From Phoronis australis (taxonomy: Eukaryota; Animalia; Phoronida): a DNA stretch of 64,000 nt. Shown one piece after another: positions 51,771 through 64,000 of this stretch. Location: contig NMRA01000002.1 in NCBI GenBank assembly GCA_002633005.1, forward strand, positions 2,135,756 through 2,199,755, in the 5' to 3' direction. Position 1 is the stretch's first letter; each line of letters begins with the position of its first letter. The notes under the pieces are model-generated. The model was given only the letters and a program-made list of their open reading frames with translations. It searched no databases and had not been told where the DNA came from. Position numbers and translations under genes: made by a program.

Positions 51771-54700
51771 ATTACGATTGTTTATTTCGATAAAGGGCAT
51801 GACAAAATAACCAAGAATTATAGAATCCGTAGAAAGCCTATTCAAATGTATCCTTGTTAGGCACGTTTTATTTTGTTTTTAGTTTACGTTATTTTTATTT
51901 TTCCATTGTCTTGAAAAGTAATGGAATGGAATACAGCTCTAATTGGGTGAAGATACATGTAACTGAGCGCGGACTACTTTCCTTATTTGTCCATCAGCTG
52001 TATACATGTTAATTTATAGTGTTTCAGCACGAATCTAAAATGAGCGTGTCACTGTGACTGTTGATGTTTATTTAAAAAAATGCTAAGTTGTTATGTTCTG
52101 GAAATGTTTCTCTTATGATATATTACTTTTGTGTCCAGTAACTCAATCAGTGAATTTACAGTCAATTTAAACTACCGAATACTTTTATTTGTCAAGGTTT
52201 GAAAATTTAGGATCTGCAAGTGAAATAGAGTTCTTGTATAATAAATGTATTCAAGAAACAATGTTTGAAATGAAGACTGATTTTCCCATTTGCTGTCTGT
52301 AAGATTCTCTTTCAAGTATGTTTTATTTTAGACCTCATAAAATGAAATTTAACTCATTCTAATGTTCTTACCGTATGACATCGACCTTCTCACACTCAGT
52401 TTTTGCATTTTCATGAGTGCACCACATAACGAACAACATCAAACTAGACTTAAAATTACTAAAATGTCAACAAATCGTCTCTTGATAGTAAAAACTAAAC
52501 TAGTCTGTTTCTTGGACATGTCAGTATACCATATTCATGCCCGTACCTTTACTCTCAAATTAAGAAATTTAACGGAATTTTGAAGTGCGTAAATCCAGTT
52601 TCAGTGAACCTATTTTTAGGATTTGAACGCCAATTTCTGTTACTTTTATGTTCTACATATATCCGGAATCATTATTTTTTTAAAATTTCTAGTATTTCAA
52701 AAAGCACTTTGACAGCCAGACTTGTTTGTTACATTTTAAGTACATTTTCATAACGCTCAGTTTACTCTTTTGTTACCTTTGAACACACTATGAACGTTTA
52801 TTGCTGAGCGATTTTAACCCATTTAATGGGTGTAAAGTGTTCGGATTCTACTTCTTGTGTGAAACAGAAATGCACGTTTTACATTGACAGAATTAAAGTA
52901 GAAATGTAAATATAAACCACTGTCTGATTTGTACGACATGTTCCATATTGAAATTTGTTGTGTGGAACTCTGCGTATTGTAAACGTGGGGGGGGGGTCCT
53001 TTAATTTCCAAATTTGTGACATAAAAGAAGGTGATAATACATTTAAAACATCAGATTGGTGCACAAACAGATTATAAACATGACTGGTATGTATATGTTC
53101 TATGGACTACTCAACTCATCATGCCCAGAACCGATGGCGGCAAACTCGTCAATGGGGGAGACTGAGAATTTTTTCCTCGTTTGAGTATATGCCCATCAGT
53201 GTCAATATAATCGAACACACCTTATCAAGGAAAAGAAATTCCTATTTGTTTCACACGTAAGCGCATGTGCCTATTTCTTCTTATTGGCGCAGACGGCTCT
53301 TCTTTGCAAACGCTCGTGAAGGAATGAGTTATTGGTTCTCTTGGGCCAGTTTTAGTGCCTTGTGCCCAAACAATGAAATTTTTTGTCATAGATTAAGATT
53401 GGCCACACGTTGTAACAGATAATTCCAGATTCACCCACATATTCTATGAGTATAACCCATCGGCGAAACTGACTTTGATAACGCATGTAGCTTGCATTTC
53501 GTTTTACATGCTTCACTTACCAACGTATTCTCTGATGTTCGTCATTTTATGTTTTTTTCTTGAATCTTTATCAATAAAGTATACAGGGCAAAAACGGTAA
53601 TAGCAAAATATCGACGTCGTCAAACTCCACGAAATCCCCTTCCTCAGGTCGCTATCATTTTCTTCACTCGGCCCGAGCTCTATTGAGTGCAAAGCGTTTT
53701 CGTACCAGGGATTTCTGAAAAAGCCTTCAACAAAGGGAGCCGCTGGAGAAGGACGTGGGTCGAGGGAAGACGTCCAATGAAGGAAATCGTCTCGGGCACT
53801 ACCAATTTACTGAGGGTACTTACTGCACTTAAAATCTTGGTCCGTCGTCTAAGGGGGAAAGGACATACCAGGGGTTCATTTTTGAACGTTGAAAAAGTGA
53901 CCACGGGTAAAAATTTAATGAAGCTGCCAAAGGTAAAGCCAAGGATAAGAAGCAAGGACGTGTTTGAATTAATACACTGTATATGAAAGATTTCCGTATC
54001 AGTTATCTTAAAACGTTTCTTGGCAAACATATGTATAGCACAACTTGTACACTTTCATATCGTCAACTGTGCAGGTTTTCGTTTATGACAAAGATATCAT
54101 AACTTTCTTTTAAACCAGTTGCTTGGAATTCTTTGACGTCCTACAGCAATAGGTCCAAATAAAATACGAATGTGGCTAAATAGTGAATGAGATTGGAGGT
54201 AGCATTCAAAGAGTGGAGGCGTGTGGATTTCAAAGACGGCAAAGAGAAAACAAAAATTTGAGACACTGTAAAAATCACAGATGAATTCAAGGTTATCATG
54301 AAGGCTGAGTTCCATCGGATTAGTTGACCAAGAAAAAGGTTAGGGAACAATACATTGCACTGCGCCACTTGAAACATAACCTGCCGGAAAATCACGCACT
54401 AGTTCTCGTGGACTCTTCGTATAACTAATCCTGCCAATCTTCTGAAAGCGTCCAATCAGCATATTGGAACACATCGATAGTGACCGTTCACACGTAGAAT
54501 CCACCACTTCCTCTACCGCAAACTTTTAGTTCATGTGTAAGCCGCTAGGCACGTTTTTAGTTTTGAAAGTATATGAAGGTGTCCCTCAAGTGCTTCCACG
54601 AACCAGTTTGCGGGGCAATGACCAATGGAAGAATGTTTATGGATAGACCTAGGATGTGCGAACAAATTTTAAGAAGCTTTCGAATAGGCTTTTCAGTTTT

Positions 54701-56866
54701 TGATTTAACAGTGACCTAATATTATGTATTCTTAACTTTTTAAACGAATAGTTTTTGTAACTTCATTACATTTAAAAATGTTTCAAACAGAAAGAATTAA
54801 TGAGGGTCAACATTTTTAGGAGCACAGTTCAGTCTGTCATACCCATACATCATTTTACCCAATGAACGTTCGCAACTGACCGTGGGTCAGAGGTTCAAAG
54901 GCCACGGATGATGACACATCTGTCTGTGGATTGTAACCAAAATGTTTAACCCCCATACATGTACAATTTCAAGGCTGATAGGAATAATTCATGTGATTTT
55001 TAATAGCGTTTTCTGATTTTGCACTTTTTAAGGGCTAGTTAGCTCTTATTTATAAGCGATTCTTCAGAACTAAGGGTTTGAGAATGTGTGAAGCTGGCAA
55101 ACCGAAAATTATTGTTTCGTTTAGTTAAAGCCTGCATCAAAGGAAATGTATCGTTGTCTGCAATACAAAAATGTAAAAAAATATCAACATCACTCGGTGC
55201 ATTAAAAAATTGATAAATTCTTATTAAAAGTTATTTCAAAATAGGTCTTGTGCGAAATTTTTTGACACCTACTAGTATCTGTACATACATGTACCATTCT
55301 GTAGTATTCAGAATTTAATCACGCTTGCTACTTGGTATTGAGTGTTTTATTGGTCACAATTCGCATTGGTTGCATTTCGGCGCCATCGAAAACATGCCTG
55401 AACTGAAATGCATGCTCTACCGATTACTTTTTGTGGCTGGTGAATATTCAATTAGGATATATTCGTAGACTCGTTGCTATAAGAAAAACAGTTTTTTAAA
55501 ATTTTCTTTTTTGTTCTAAGACGTTTAGGAATATTCTAAATACACCAAAATGAAGTGCCCATTCAACTGACATCGCACTGCACTAAACTTAGTTGAAATT
55601 GTTTTGAAATCGTTTTTGTTTGATAGTCGATTTTTTCAAGATATGGTTATGTGTCATTATAAGACACATATATTTTCTAAATTCTGTTTAAATTGCGCTT
55701 TTGATTCATGTTTTATAACTTATTACTTCCTGGTTCAAGTTACATCAAAGCAAAAATGTGAAGAATCTTAATTGATTTACAGTAACAGGCTACATTTGGG
55801 TCATGAAGTGTGAAGCTTACTCAAATTCTTGATCCTTGCAATTTCACATTAGGTCACGTGATGTGGCGTGCAGACCATACATGTACTTAAACATGTTTGT
55901 GATCAATGTGAACGTTTTTACCGTTGTTTAAACCGTTCTAAATCAAAATCACTAAAACTAAATGCATAACAAAAACATGTGCATTTGTAAGCAATAATCG
56001 TCTGCACATATACGAGAAGTTTATGCGCGTGCATGCAAAACATTTGAGAACTTTTCCTTGAAAAGAATTACTAATTCGGATAAGGACGTTGTAGGCGCAT
56101 AATTATACTTAAACGAGGAAGAATCAGTCAATATGCCTGGTCGTTGACGCTCTTAACAACGTTGCCACCGTCGACTGTGAGTAAAATGAGATGCTGTAAA
56201 ACTTCTTTTGATACACAAAGCTCATATTTATAAGTCTTTTCTGAATACAATCATTCAGACATTTCCAATTAATTTCCAATTTCAGGAAACTGTTTCCCTG
56301 TTTCTGCCAGTTCACTGTTCATACATTACAGACAATGTGTATGTTTACAGTTTACCACGACTTTTTTGAAGCAAAAAGTGAATCTCGGTGTCAGAAATTA
56401 AAACATGTATCCAAACATTGTATAATAAATTGATATGCATCAAAATAACTATTCCCAATAAAGATGAGATGGAGCGTCAGTCTTTAGGAACTGCCTATGA
56501 ACGTCGTCACCAATTGATCACGTGTTAGAAACTTGAAGGAATTGTCAATAGACTGCCACACGACGTGCAACGAGTAATCCATCACCAATATATCTGCAGA
56601 AAACGAGTCAGCGTCAACAGGCTCGTTCCAACGAGCCCATTTGCGGATTTTTCCAAGCTTTCACATAAGTAAATATAGGTAAACAAAACTGTTTTATTCG
56701 ATCACTCGTAAACTTTTCGAGATGCAAGAAAAAAAAAACAAAATTCCTCAAACTTAGGACCCCGATGTTCGGAGTTAACAACGCAATGGAATCGCCAATT
56801 AAATTCAGATTTAATCTAATTCTATGTTATTTTGCCATGCCCTATATTGAAATAGATAATCCCAAT

Positions 56867-59800
56867 CTACAGCCTGTCTTCAGCTTCAACTGCTTTGTGC
56901 AAAGCAGGATTACTGTACGCCATTTCTTCAGCATCACGTTTCTTGTAACTCGGCACCGCGTACAAGTTAGTGGATTCATTATCTGATCGTTTTTCATTCT
57001 TCTTGTCAGACCTACAAAAACAGTGCAAATAAAACGGAAACAAAAAAGAAACAGCCGGATTATCCATTGCCTCTTTTGCAGACCATGGTTATAGAGAGCT
57101 CATTCATGTACGCTGTCAGGTGAGAAGACATCGGACGTCTGATGCACCAGTTGTACATGTAAACTACTTCACACGTGGATCGTAAAACGTCTGATCTGGT
57201 TAATTATTGTTTTTCCAAATCAGACGGCAGGCCAGTCTTCTTAAAATAAGGCTCCACAAATTAATGACCTCATTGTTAGAGTCTGTGTGGTCGTGACGTA
57301 CCAGATTGTCCTGAATACCAACATTTCTGCATGTTAGTGTTATGCTAATTGCTCGGTCGATGTGAGATGAGATGCAGTTCGATCATCCACTTCAAAAGGA
57401 AACTAAACCTTGTTTTCGTGATTTCAACTGATCCTCCCTCTGTCACCTGCTAATGCATCATAGGCGTCAATTGCGACAAAAAGGCGGAATCGTCTAAAAA
57501 TTTATACTCCCTATCTTACAAATTTGACGCCATGGTCCTCGGTGGTAGTCCTTTCCACAACTGCCGTGTAATTTGATAAAAGCGAAGGCCACGCTTGCGC
57601 GTTTAACAGACTTTGAAAGAAGTTTTCAAACTTTCCTCCAAACATTTGAGGATTGTCGTTGTTACAGAGATTTATTTTTCCAGAGAACTGGATGGGAAAG
57701 CGGTTTTACTATCTGTTTTAACGGATGTGGAATGTTCACAAAAACGCAAACAGTTAGCTCAGGTAAGTCTAGGACTGTGTCCAAAAGTCAAATTAATGCA
57801 TGGAACTGGCCGTAATTCGGTGCACCATAAAGACAATAAAGTTAGGCCAACCTTCTGATGAACTTCACATTTTTGTAGTTTCAATGATTGCAAAAAGGTA
57901 GTTTTCATTTAATTTTAAACGTAGCATGATCACTAAGCTGGGGTGCGATAACAAAATATGACAAGTCTGGGGCAGTGGCAAAAAGTAGTCATTTACAAAA
58001 ATAATAAAATTGTTTTTTAAAGCTTTATAAATCCAAGTATCGTGTTTGAACATCTTCAGGCGTAGTATATACTAGAGGTTCACATCAAAAACTAATTCAA
58101 CTGTTTATTTTTTCATGGCAACATCTCAAATGAGGCTTTAAATTTAGTAACCTAGTGCCAGCCCCTCCCTGTAGTTGAACGCCAGCCTAAGGTAGGCGAG
58201 TAACAAAAAGGTGCCTGTGCTACGAAACAGAAGGATGTACATTATAGGTCGAAATAAATGAAACATAAGAAAAATGTCGTTTAAAACAACTTTCCGGACC
58301 GCTAGACTAATGTGGGATCAAGCAGATGCCGAGACGAAGGCGCCCCGAAAAGAGTGAAACTCTGGAGTCAAAATCGAATAGGCCTACAGTATAGCCACCA
58401 AACTAAAAATTACGTATCTTTTAACAAATATATTTGTTTTAACCTTCCAGTAATCCATCAAACCTTGCAAAGTTTAGCTGCTTGTGTAGCCATCCAAACG
58501 AGTTGATCCATCGTTTATACAATTGACAACACTTTTCGGCGTAGGGAATACCCAAAAAATGACGGAATGTTCTTCTCGAGCAGAATATAGGGTGTCAGAA
58601 CTACACAGGCCCTATCAACATCGTTTCACCATCCTTATCGCACATTTTTTTAAGCTATAGACTAAAGTAAGCTTTACCGACAACGACGTTGTTTGTCGAA
58701 TAAAAATGGCGGCTTGGAATCGCACACGAAGGTGTGTTCTGATTGGTCAGTTAAGCCATCAGTCATAATACTGGCGATTGGTCAATTATACAAGGCATGG
58801 AGACCTACCTGCCAAAGTTGTTGCCGTCTTGTATACTTTCAGGCAACTCCTTTCCGGTTGTCTCTGGGAGAATGAGAGAAAGGAGTCCGGCGGTGATAGT
58901 AAGTCCTCCAAACACGATTTGCGGCAATGCCACGCCGAAAGGTCCTCCGAGTAATTTGCCCTGTTGTAGTTCAAGTATTTCAATTAACATGTCTTAAGAC
59001 GCCAAAACAGGGAACTTTGCATACGCATTTTAAAGGCGTAGTTCAGGACCTTTCTCAACTTTCAAATTTCATCATCTTGAAATAGTAGGCCTCAAAAGCA
59101 GTTTTCACCCACTCCCTCACAATATCGTTAATTCCGTGCACATATGCAGAAGTAGATGCTGACGATACTTCCCGATCGTGAAGCGACAACCCCATAACAA
59201 ATATAACAGACAATCACACTTGTTGAGCAGATCACTGTCACCCGGTAGACTATTATAAAGTCAACTGCACCCGCACATATGTTTGAATTCGCAGTTTCCG
59301 CCCACGTTGACTTACTGGAATTGATTTCTTGAGAGTGGGTATGAACATGTTGACACATTGCTGGCCAACTTCAGAGCGTGTCAAGATTGGTTCAATTTGA
59401 AGGTATAAACCTTTCAAATTCACAGGTTTAAATCTTTTGAGTATACTTAAAAGGGAAGAATTAAAATTCCAATAGCTCCATTATTTTCATCGTTTGCGTT
59501 TTTCACGTACCCTACAAGTTACAATGCTTCCGACCTGTAAAGTAGTCTTTTAAATTACATGTACAGAATACCGAGCAAGTACAAATACACAAAGAAACGG
59601 ATTTAATCATTTGCGTCATCAATCCAAACATTTTCATAGTAATTTGCTCCAGAGACCATTAAACACGTGGCCAGGTTACTTTGGATTATCGTCCGCATGG
59701 AATTTCGAAACCATCATACGAAAACACTTGGTTCATCTATAAGATCGGTCAGCAAGATGCTCAAGCTTTGAAAATCTGACAAAACAATTACCGAGCTTCA

Positions 59801-62800
59801 GTGTGCAAGAATTTCTCAGCATTTTATACTCACCGAGTCCGCAATTGGAGCGCATAACATACCACCGACACGGGCGAAAGTCGAGCTCAGTCCCATCAAC
59901 CCATTCCTACAAATCGTAGGGAAGATCTCGGCAGACCAGAAGTAAATGATGGCAAATCCAACGGAGGCGCCAAATTTCCCAGTCATTGAGAGGGCGATCA
60001 ACCACCCATTGTTTGCTGGAAATATATAATATAAAATTTCCACAAGTAAGTCAAGTACTGGAAAAGTGCCGGAGATGAAAAAACGTTAGGACCTGGTAGC
60101 ACCGATTTTACACAAAGGTCAATGTGGACCGCTCTTCTTCAAAACTTCCTGTGTCAAGAAACGCAAAACCAGAATTTTTACATTCGCATGGCGGTTTACG
60201 CCTGTGGCTGCCAAATCCAAGTTATTCCTCTCTAACTGTACCTACGCTGTATAATTCAAGGGATTGAGAAAAAAACTTAATGAATTGAACTTTTACTCAC
60301 AATCGAAGTAAAGCACAATGAAAATGGTGCTGATACATGCGAGACCTCCTAGCACCATATTGCCGGTATGTGGGTATTTTCTGCCCAGCCATTTACATGC
60401 GAAGCAGAAAGCATAAGCGGGCACTTCGACGAGTCCCGACAACATGAAGTTGACAAACACATCTCCTCCCAAGTTACCACTATTCAGAGATAACCCGTAG
60501 TAGACCATGGAAACCACCATCCTGAAATAATGAAATAGTAAGGATTTAGCTTTTGTCATGTTTGTGCGCGGAGACTTAGGCACTGAATTAGTTATTAACT
60601 CGTGGAATTCCATTTTGTGCAGATATAGAGTCAGTCAAGGAACAGTTGAATTCCTCCGGAGGTTATATAATATAACCATACACTTGTTTGATGCAGCCCA
60701 AACAAAAACAAATATTTCCTACGCGTGAATTCATGCAGACGTAACGCCACAACGTGGTAAACTCACTGCAAAATAACGTAATGAGATCTAATCTACCTGT
60801 CTGTACATTCCAGTGAATTTTTTGTGGATTCCGTCTTCGCATTGATTCCAAACAGAAGCGTCTTGACTGCAAACAATGGGTACTTCAAATACCCGAAACT
60901 TGTGCATACGATGAAAAAGAGTTCTTCGAAACTGGCCTTCGAAAGTATTTTAAATCGTCTTTGATATCAGGTTCCCTGAAATTTTCGTGCATCCTCTGCA
61001 AATATCAGGTTTTGGTCACGTGACTTTCGACATGCTGCTTCCGACTTTTGCTTTACTTGCTCCAGAAACTAACTGACTTATCACGTGAGTGACACCGTTT
61101 CTTCAAACTCACCAATTGAAAAAGATAACGAGGCTGCGTATAAGCAGTGTAGGTGCATGAATGAGCTCCTTCAGAATTTCTATAAGACCCATTGATGGAC
61201 TCTTAGTGGCCTCTGCAGCTGGCATTTCGTCGAACATTTTCTCGGGAAGTGTCACACGATTTTCCTGGGACAATAGAAGGGGAAACGCTTCACTAAACTG
61301 TTAGAGCAGATAGCCTTAACGACAATACTAATGCTTTTTACGTAGAAGGCTATTGGAAAGAACGAGATAGATGCCATTTTCTTTTGACAACTACATATAA
61401 GATACCATGAAAACACAATGGGATACACAACTCCCGTCATGCGAACAATCCCATCATAACACCCTGAGAATAAAGATTATATTACAAATGGGCAATCCTG
61501 TACATAAATTAGACTTGGTATCGATGACGGTGCCAACATCACGGTCAGATGAAATAGGTCTAAGAAGCACATGAAACATCCGGCATTTTAAGATAAACTA
61601 TAAGCTAATTTCACCGTAAGGTCTTGCATGCACTTGTTTCGAAAAACATGATACTGTAGTATAAGATGCACTTGTTGGTCTTATAGCTTTTCACAGGAAA
61701 GATGCAAACAATCACTGCTTATGCAGGTACAATACATGGCGCTTACAAATCTTGGATTTCTGGGTTCGCAGTATTTACATGTAGCCTGTGTTGTTCAAAA
61801 AGTGCTTACCTTGGCTGCGCGGCGTATTATTTCCTCGGCTTCTTCTTTGCGACCTTGTGCCAGGAGCCAACGCGCTGACTCAGGAACAAAGCTTTAATAT
61901 CCTCAGAAACACACTTAAAGTTAGTCCAAGACGCCACCGTTTGATGGCAATACTATTTGAGATTTTAAAAACTACATGTATTCAAAGTCCTATTAATTAA
62001 AAGTGATAACTGTCAAGAAAAAATGACTTCTGACATGTCGTAGTTAACTTTCTTGAAGAAACTGAGTTTTTGGAACTGCAGTTGGCTAATATTAATTAAA
62101 GAAGGATTTTGCTTAAAACTTCTGTTAGTATTTAAAACATGTTGATGTAACATACTAAAATTAGTAGCCAATCAAATGTCGATATTTTTTAAGAATTAAA
62201 CTCAATAAAGTTGAGCGAAGAAGTCTGTTAAGAAAGAAGAAAGACAGTTCTTGGACACATACACATGTACCATGCATAACAGAGACACAGAAAGGACGGA
62301 GCGGAATAGGACATTGAAGCCAGGTCCATTCTCTTAGAAGGTATCCGAGACCCGTTGAAACAAGTATGCCAGAGGCGAAAAAGAACTCTATAACGATCCC
62401 AGCAAAAAGTCGCATTGATAGAACCATTAGTTCCATACCTGAAAATGAAAAGATGACTAGAAAAGCTAGAGATCTTACGAAACAATCACCTTCTTGGCAA
62501 ATGTTCGTTTTTGCTATTGGAAATCAGAACTTACAGTTTCGATATGGTTACAGTTCATTGCCTTAACATGTCATTATCACTATTAAATAGACTTGGTGAT
62601 GGTACATGTATTTCAATGTTTCCGAAACATTGCCGTTGCAAAATATGGGCTCAGAGTTTTGACGTGTTTTGCCTGTGACCGTGGAGGACAGACTGTATTC
62701 GAGACCATGTGCCGGGATCTTAAATGTATGGGCGGGTAACTGCTTTCGATGGGGCTTTGATTTGGAGAAACAGAATTGTTTTCGGAAGATTTCATCTGCA

Positions 62801-63369
62801 GCGCTGCTGTCTTTTGTCAAATGCATTTTGAGACGGTTGTTGGGTTGTAAACATCCAGTGACGTTACAAATAACTTGGTGATTCGTGAACATCATGGCGG
62901 AAACCAACATTGCTTACTTGAGTTCACCACAATTGATGTGAGCATGCTCATTCGATACAAGTCGTCATTTTCAGTACAACGTTATTAAGTACATATCTAA
63001 CGTCACTAAGAAATGGAGTGACTTTTTATCGGACGAGCATGGATGTGAATATAACAGCCATGATGTTTACCGGCCTCTAACCGTCCAGCAATGCATTTGA
63101 TAAACGACCGTCAGAACTGAGTGAGATAGTTTTGCCTTGGATGACATCCCCCGAATTAGCATACGTCTAGCAGGGCTACACACGCTTTGATTTAGCTTAC
63201 CATATACCGATAAAGTATATAACGGCGGTAGCGGACGCTATGAGCTGTATCATACTCCAGTCACGTAAGCCGTATGCCATGCCAGAGAGGATCGGGTAGG
63301 AAGCGGCAAACAGACCAAACCGAAATAGGGACGTGTTCACGCGAACGTTTAAAGCAAATGTCTCCATCA
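56867..63369 (-). CDS. SLC22-family transporter, paralog C (5'-partial; exons 1-4 beyond the window end)
   Basis: Minus-strand exons: 63369-63201 (5a), 61891-61810, 61264-61113, 60521-60301, 60015-59834, 58960-58809, 57011-56867 (TAG). Exon sizes and motifs match genes A and B. Confidence 0.92.
62271..62438 (-). pseudogene. Frameshifted exon 5b of SLC22 gene C (168 nt)
   Basis: Reads [42 protein letters not shown], then has a 1-nt deletion relative to gene A (CTTCAA-TGTCCTAT vs CTTCAACTCTCATAT). SYSAPSFL continues in another frame. Confidence 0.8.
63201..63369 (-). CDS. SLC22 gene C exon 5a (intact, 169 nt)
   Basis: [57 protein letters not shown]; bounded by TTTTAG and GTAAGC. Confidence 0.9.
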
Positions 63370-64000
63370 CTAAAACAGTATGTGAGTGCAAATTATGTAA
63401 TTTTGCTGCAGCACTTCAAATTTTATAATTTCTTAGACCATCATATTATTTTCTTCAAAACTACAAAAGCACCACATTGATATCTACCGAATAACTACCA
63501 CTCGTTTGCAAATGACGAGTTAGCACGAATCTTCCATTAGAGACATATAGATTATTACATGGCGAAGTCGTTATCCCGCGTTATCTAGAGCCCGAGTGGA
63601 TTTTGGAGATTTATAATTCTCCAAAATCTATTTATACCACATACTAAACGAGAAACATTGCACTGAATCGATCTACCTTTCTCGACTCGCCTCGGCTTTG
63701 TAACTACTTTCTATGTCAGAGGCCTGGGGTCGGAGGTCGTGACCTTTTAAGAAAAGCCGAGCTATTTTTGTCAAATAATGCTTATACTCAAAACCAATTG
63801 GAAATTTAAACAAATAAGAAATGAAATGAATCTATGAATTAACGTTTAACAACTATTATAGCTTACTACACATTTTATCACGCCAAGCTTCGACCAGGAA
63901 AATATCGTCTGCTAAAGTAGGTTACCACTAGTAACTGACTATAATGCTCAAGTCAAAGGATCCCGACGACACGATACCCGTATTCAAATTGGAGATCGGT

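Noticed and set aside
53680-54030. Overlapping 116-aa and 99-aa ORFs between genes B and C
   Set aside because: No recognisable domain or splice context, and the lengths are compatible with chance or decayed repeat sequence.
1-64000. CRISPR arrays, operons, rRNA or prokaryotic defence systems
   Set aside because: The window is spliceosomal-intron eukaryotic DNA. I saw no regularly spaced repeat-spacer array or rRNA-like sequence.

Overview
AT-rich, intron-containing animal (invertebrate-type) DNA. (1) 41-8098 (+): the 3' part of a multi-exon gene that fuses an RWD domain to an Obg-superfamily GTPase of the Ygr210c/archaeal YchF-like type, with a C-terminal TGS-like region. It carries one clear in-frame TAA and one probable one. 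(2) A cluster of three recently duplicated SLC22 (organic cation/carnitine transporter-like) genes: A 10900-23288 (+), B 32325-51770 (+) and C 56867->64000 (-, 5' part outside the window). The main finding is a pair of ancient, tandem, same-phase exon-5 variants (5a/5b, 169 nt when intact, encoding TM5-TM6) that look mutually exclusive and have been reciprocally inactivated. A keeps 5b, B keeps 5a and has lost 5b, and C keeps 5a with a frameshifted 5b. The two variants put opposite charges at or next to a substrate-pocket position. (3) Many mobile elements: a decayed LINE, tRNA-derived SINEs, MITEs, and TIR elements with TTAA, AT, CWG and 8-bp target-site duplications, two of which carry THAP remnants. 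There is also a 1.55-kb duplication across a single N that is probably an assembly artefact. All exon models, alignments and counts were done by eye; no database searches were run.
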